Part shown: one piece after another, positions 63,548 to 64,000 of the stretch
How positions within the stretch are numbered: position 1 is the first letter of the stretch
Layout of the letters: each line of letters starts with the position of its first letter
Source of the DNA: Laetmonice hystrix
Taxonomy: Eukaryota
Length of the DNA: 64,000 bases
Reading direction: 5' to 3'
NCBI GenBank assembly: GCA_965235115.1
Contig: OZ249436.1
Span: forward strand, 27,590,001-27,654,000
Translations under genes and position numbers: made by a program
Notes under the pieces: generated by a model
Databases searched by the model: none
What the model was told of the DNA's origin: nothing
What the model saw: the letters and a program-made list of their open reading frames with translations, nothing else

Positions 63548-64000
63548 TAACCTGATTAATCACAATGCACTCACACGGGTACACGATCGACAAACACTCT
63601 AACAAAAACCAGCAGCGTCAGCGTGGTCAAAATGAATCCACAAACATTCCGTAAGGATAGCACATGTCGCTTCAAACGCATACATGTACTCTTCACTGGC
63701 GCGTGTGACCCCCCTCCCCCTCCTAAAAACCAAGCAACCGACAGAAGGGGAGGGGGCGAATGTTGAACTTGTGTATGTAAGCTGGCGATAGTGTCGCCAG
63801 CCGTCGTTGCAGCCTTATCGTGCCAAACCAGTTGTGTCCGGATTGGTGGCTGTGCAGCACTAGCATGCCTTCAGGGCAAGGCGCCATAAACTGTGATTTA
63901 CTCGGCCTATTAAAGCGCGTTGGCCACGCTAGGCAATCATTAATGCATGCGAGGTCGAAGTCACCTTCTGCGACACCTACCAGTACAGGAGTATGCCGTT

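Noticed and set aside
63711-63801. Short hairpins (CCCCTCCCC/GGGGAGGGG and GCTGGCGA/TCGCCAGC)
   Set aside because: Stems of 8-10 bp, partly low-complexity; within chance expectation.
1-64000. tRNA, rRNA, snRNA, SINE A/B boxes and RT or transposase ORFs
   Set aside because: None recognised by eye; tRNAscan-SE, Infernal and RepeatMasker are needed to exclude diverged copies.

Overview
Eukaryotic (spliceosomal-intron) genomic DNA from an invertebrate bilaterian; the taxon cannot be fixed from the sequence alone. One gene is well supported: a + strand ZNF608/ZNF609 (Drosophila scribbler/brakeless) orthologue. Five coding exons were rebuilt by hand from GT-AG sites with consistent phases: 35487-36317, 42134-42305, 48445-48532, 48763-52532 and 56263-56327, giving 4926 nt or 1641 aa. 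The first 35 kb has no recognisable coding sequence. It holds motif clusters, many poly-G tracts, minisatellites, one MITE-like element and a 213-N gap. Four minisatellite arrays (49, 39, 54/55 and 51 bp units) occur in the window. There is no CRISPR array, and no rRNA or tRNA was recognised. The best lead is the AUG-bearing exon 35439-36317. It is 879 nt, a multiple of 3, and if back-spliced would be almost fully open with one in-frame UAG, like the translated human circ-ZNF609. Further leads are an internal promoter with competing acceptors before the conserved-domain exon, a possible 3'-UTR intron, a nuclear-receptor half-site cluster, a Helentron-like array and an unresolved minus-strand exon near 61 kb. 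All regulatory and RNA-level claims are sequence-based hypotheses.
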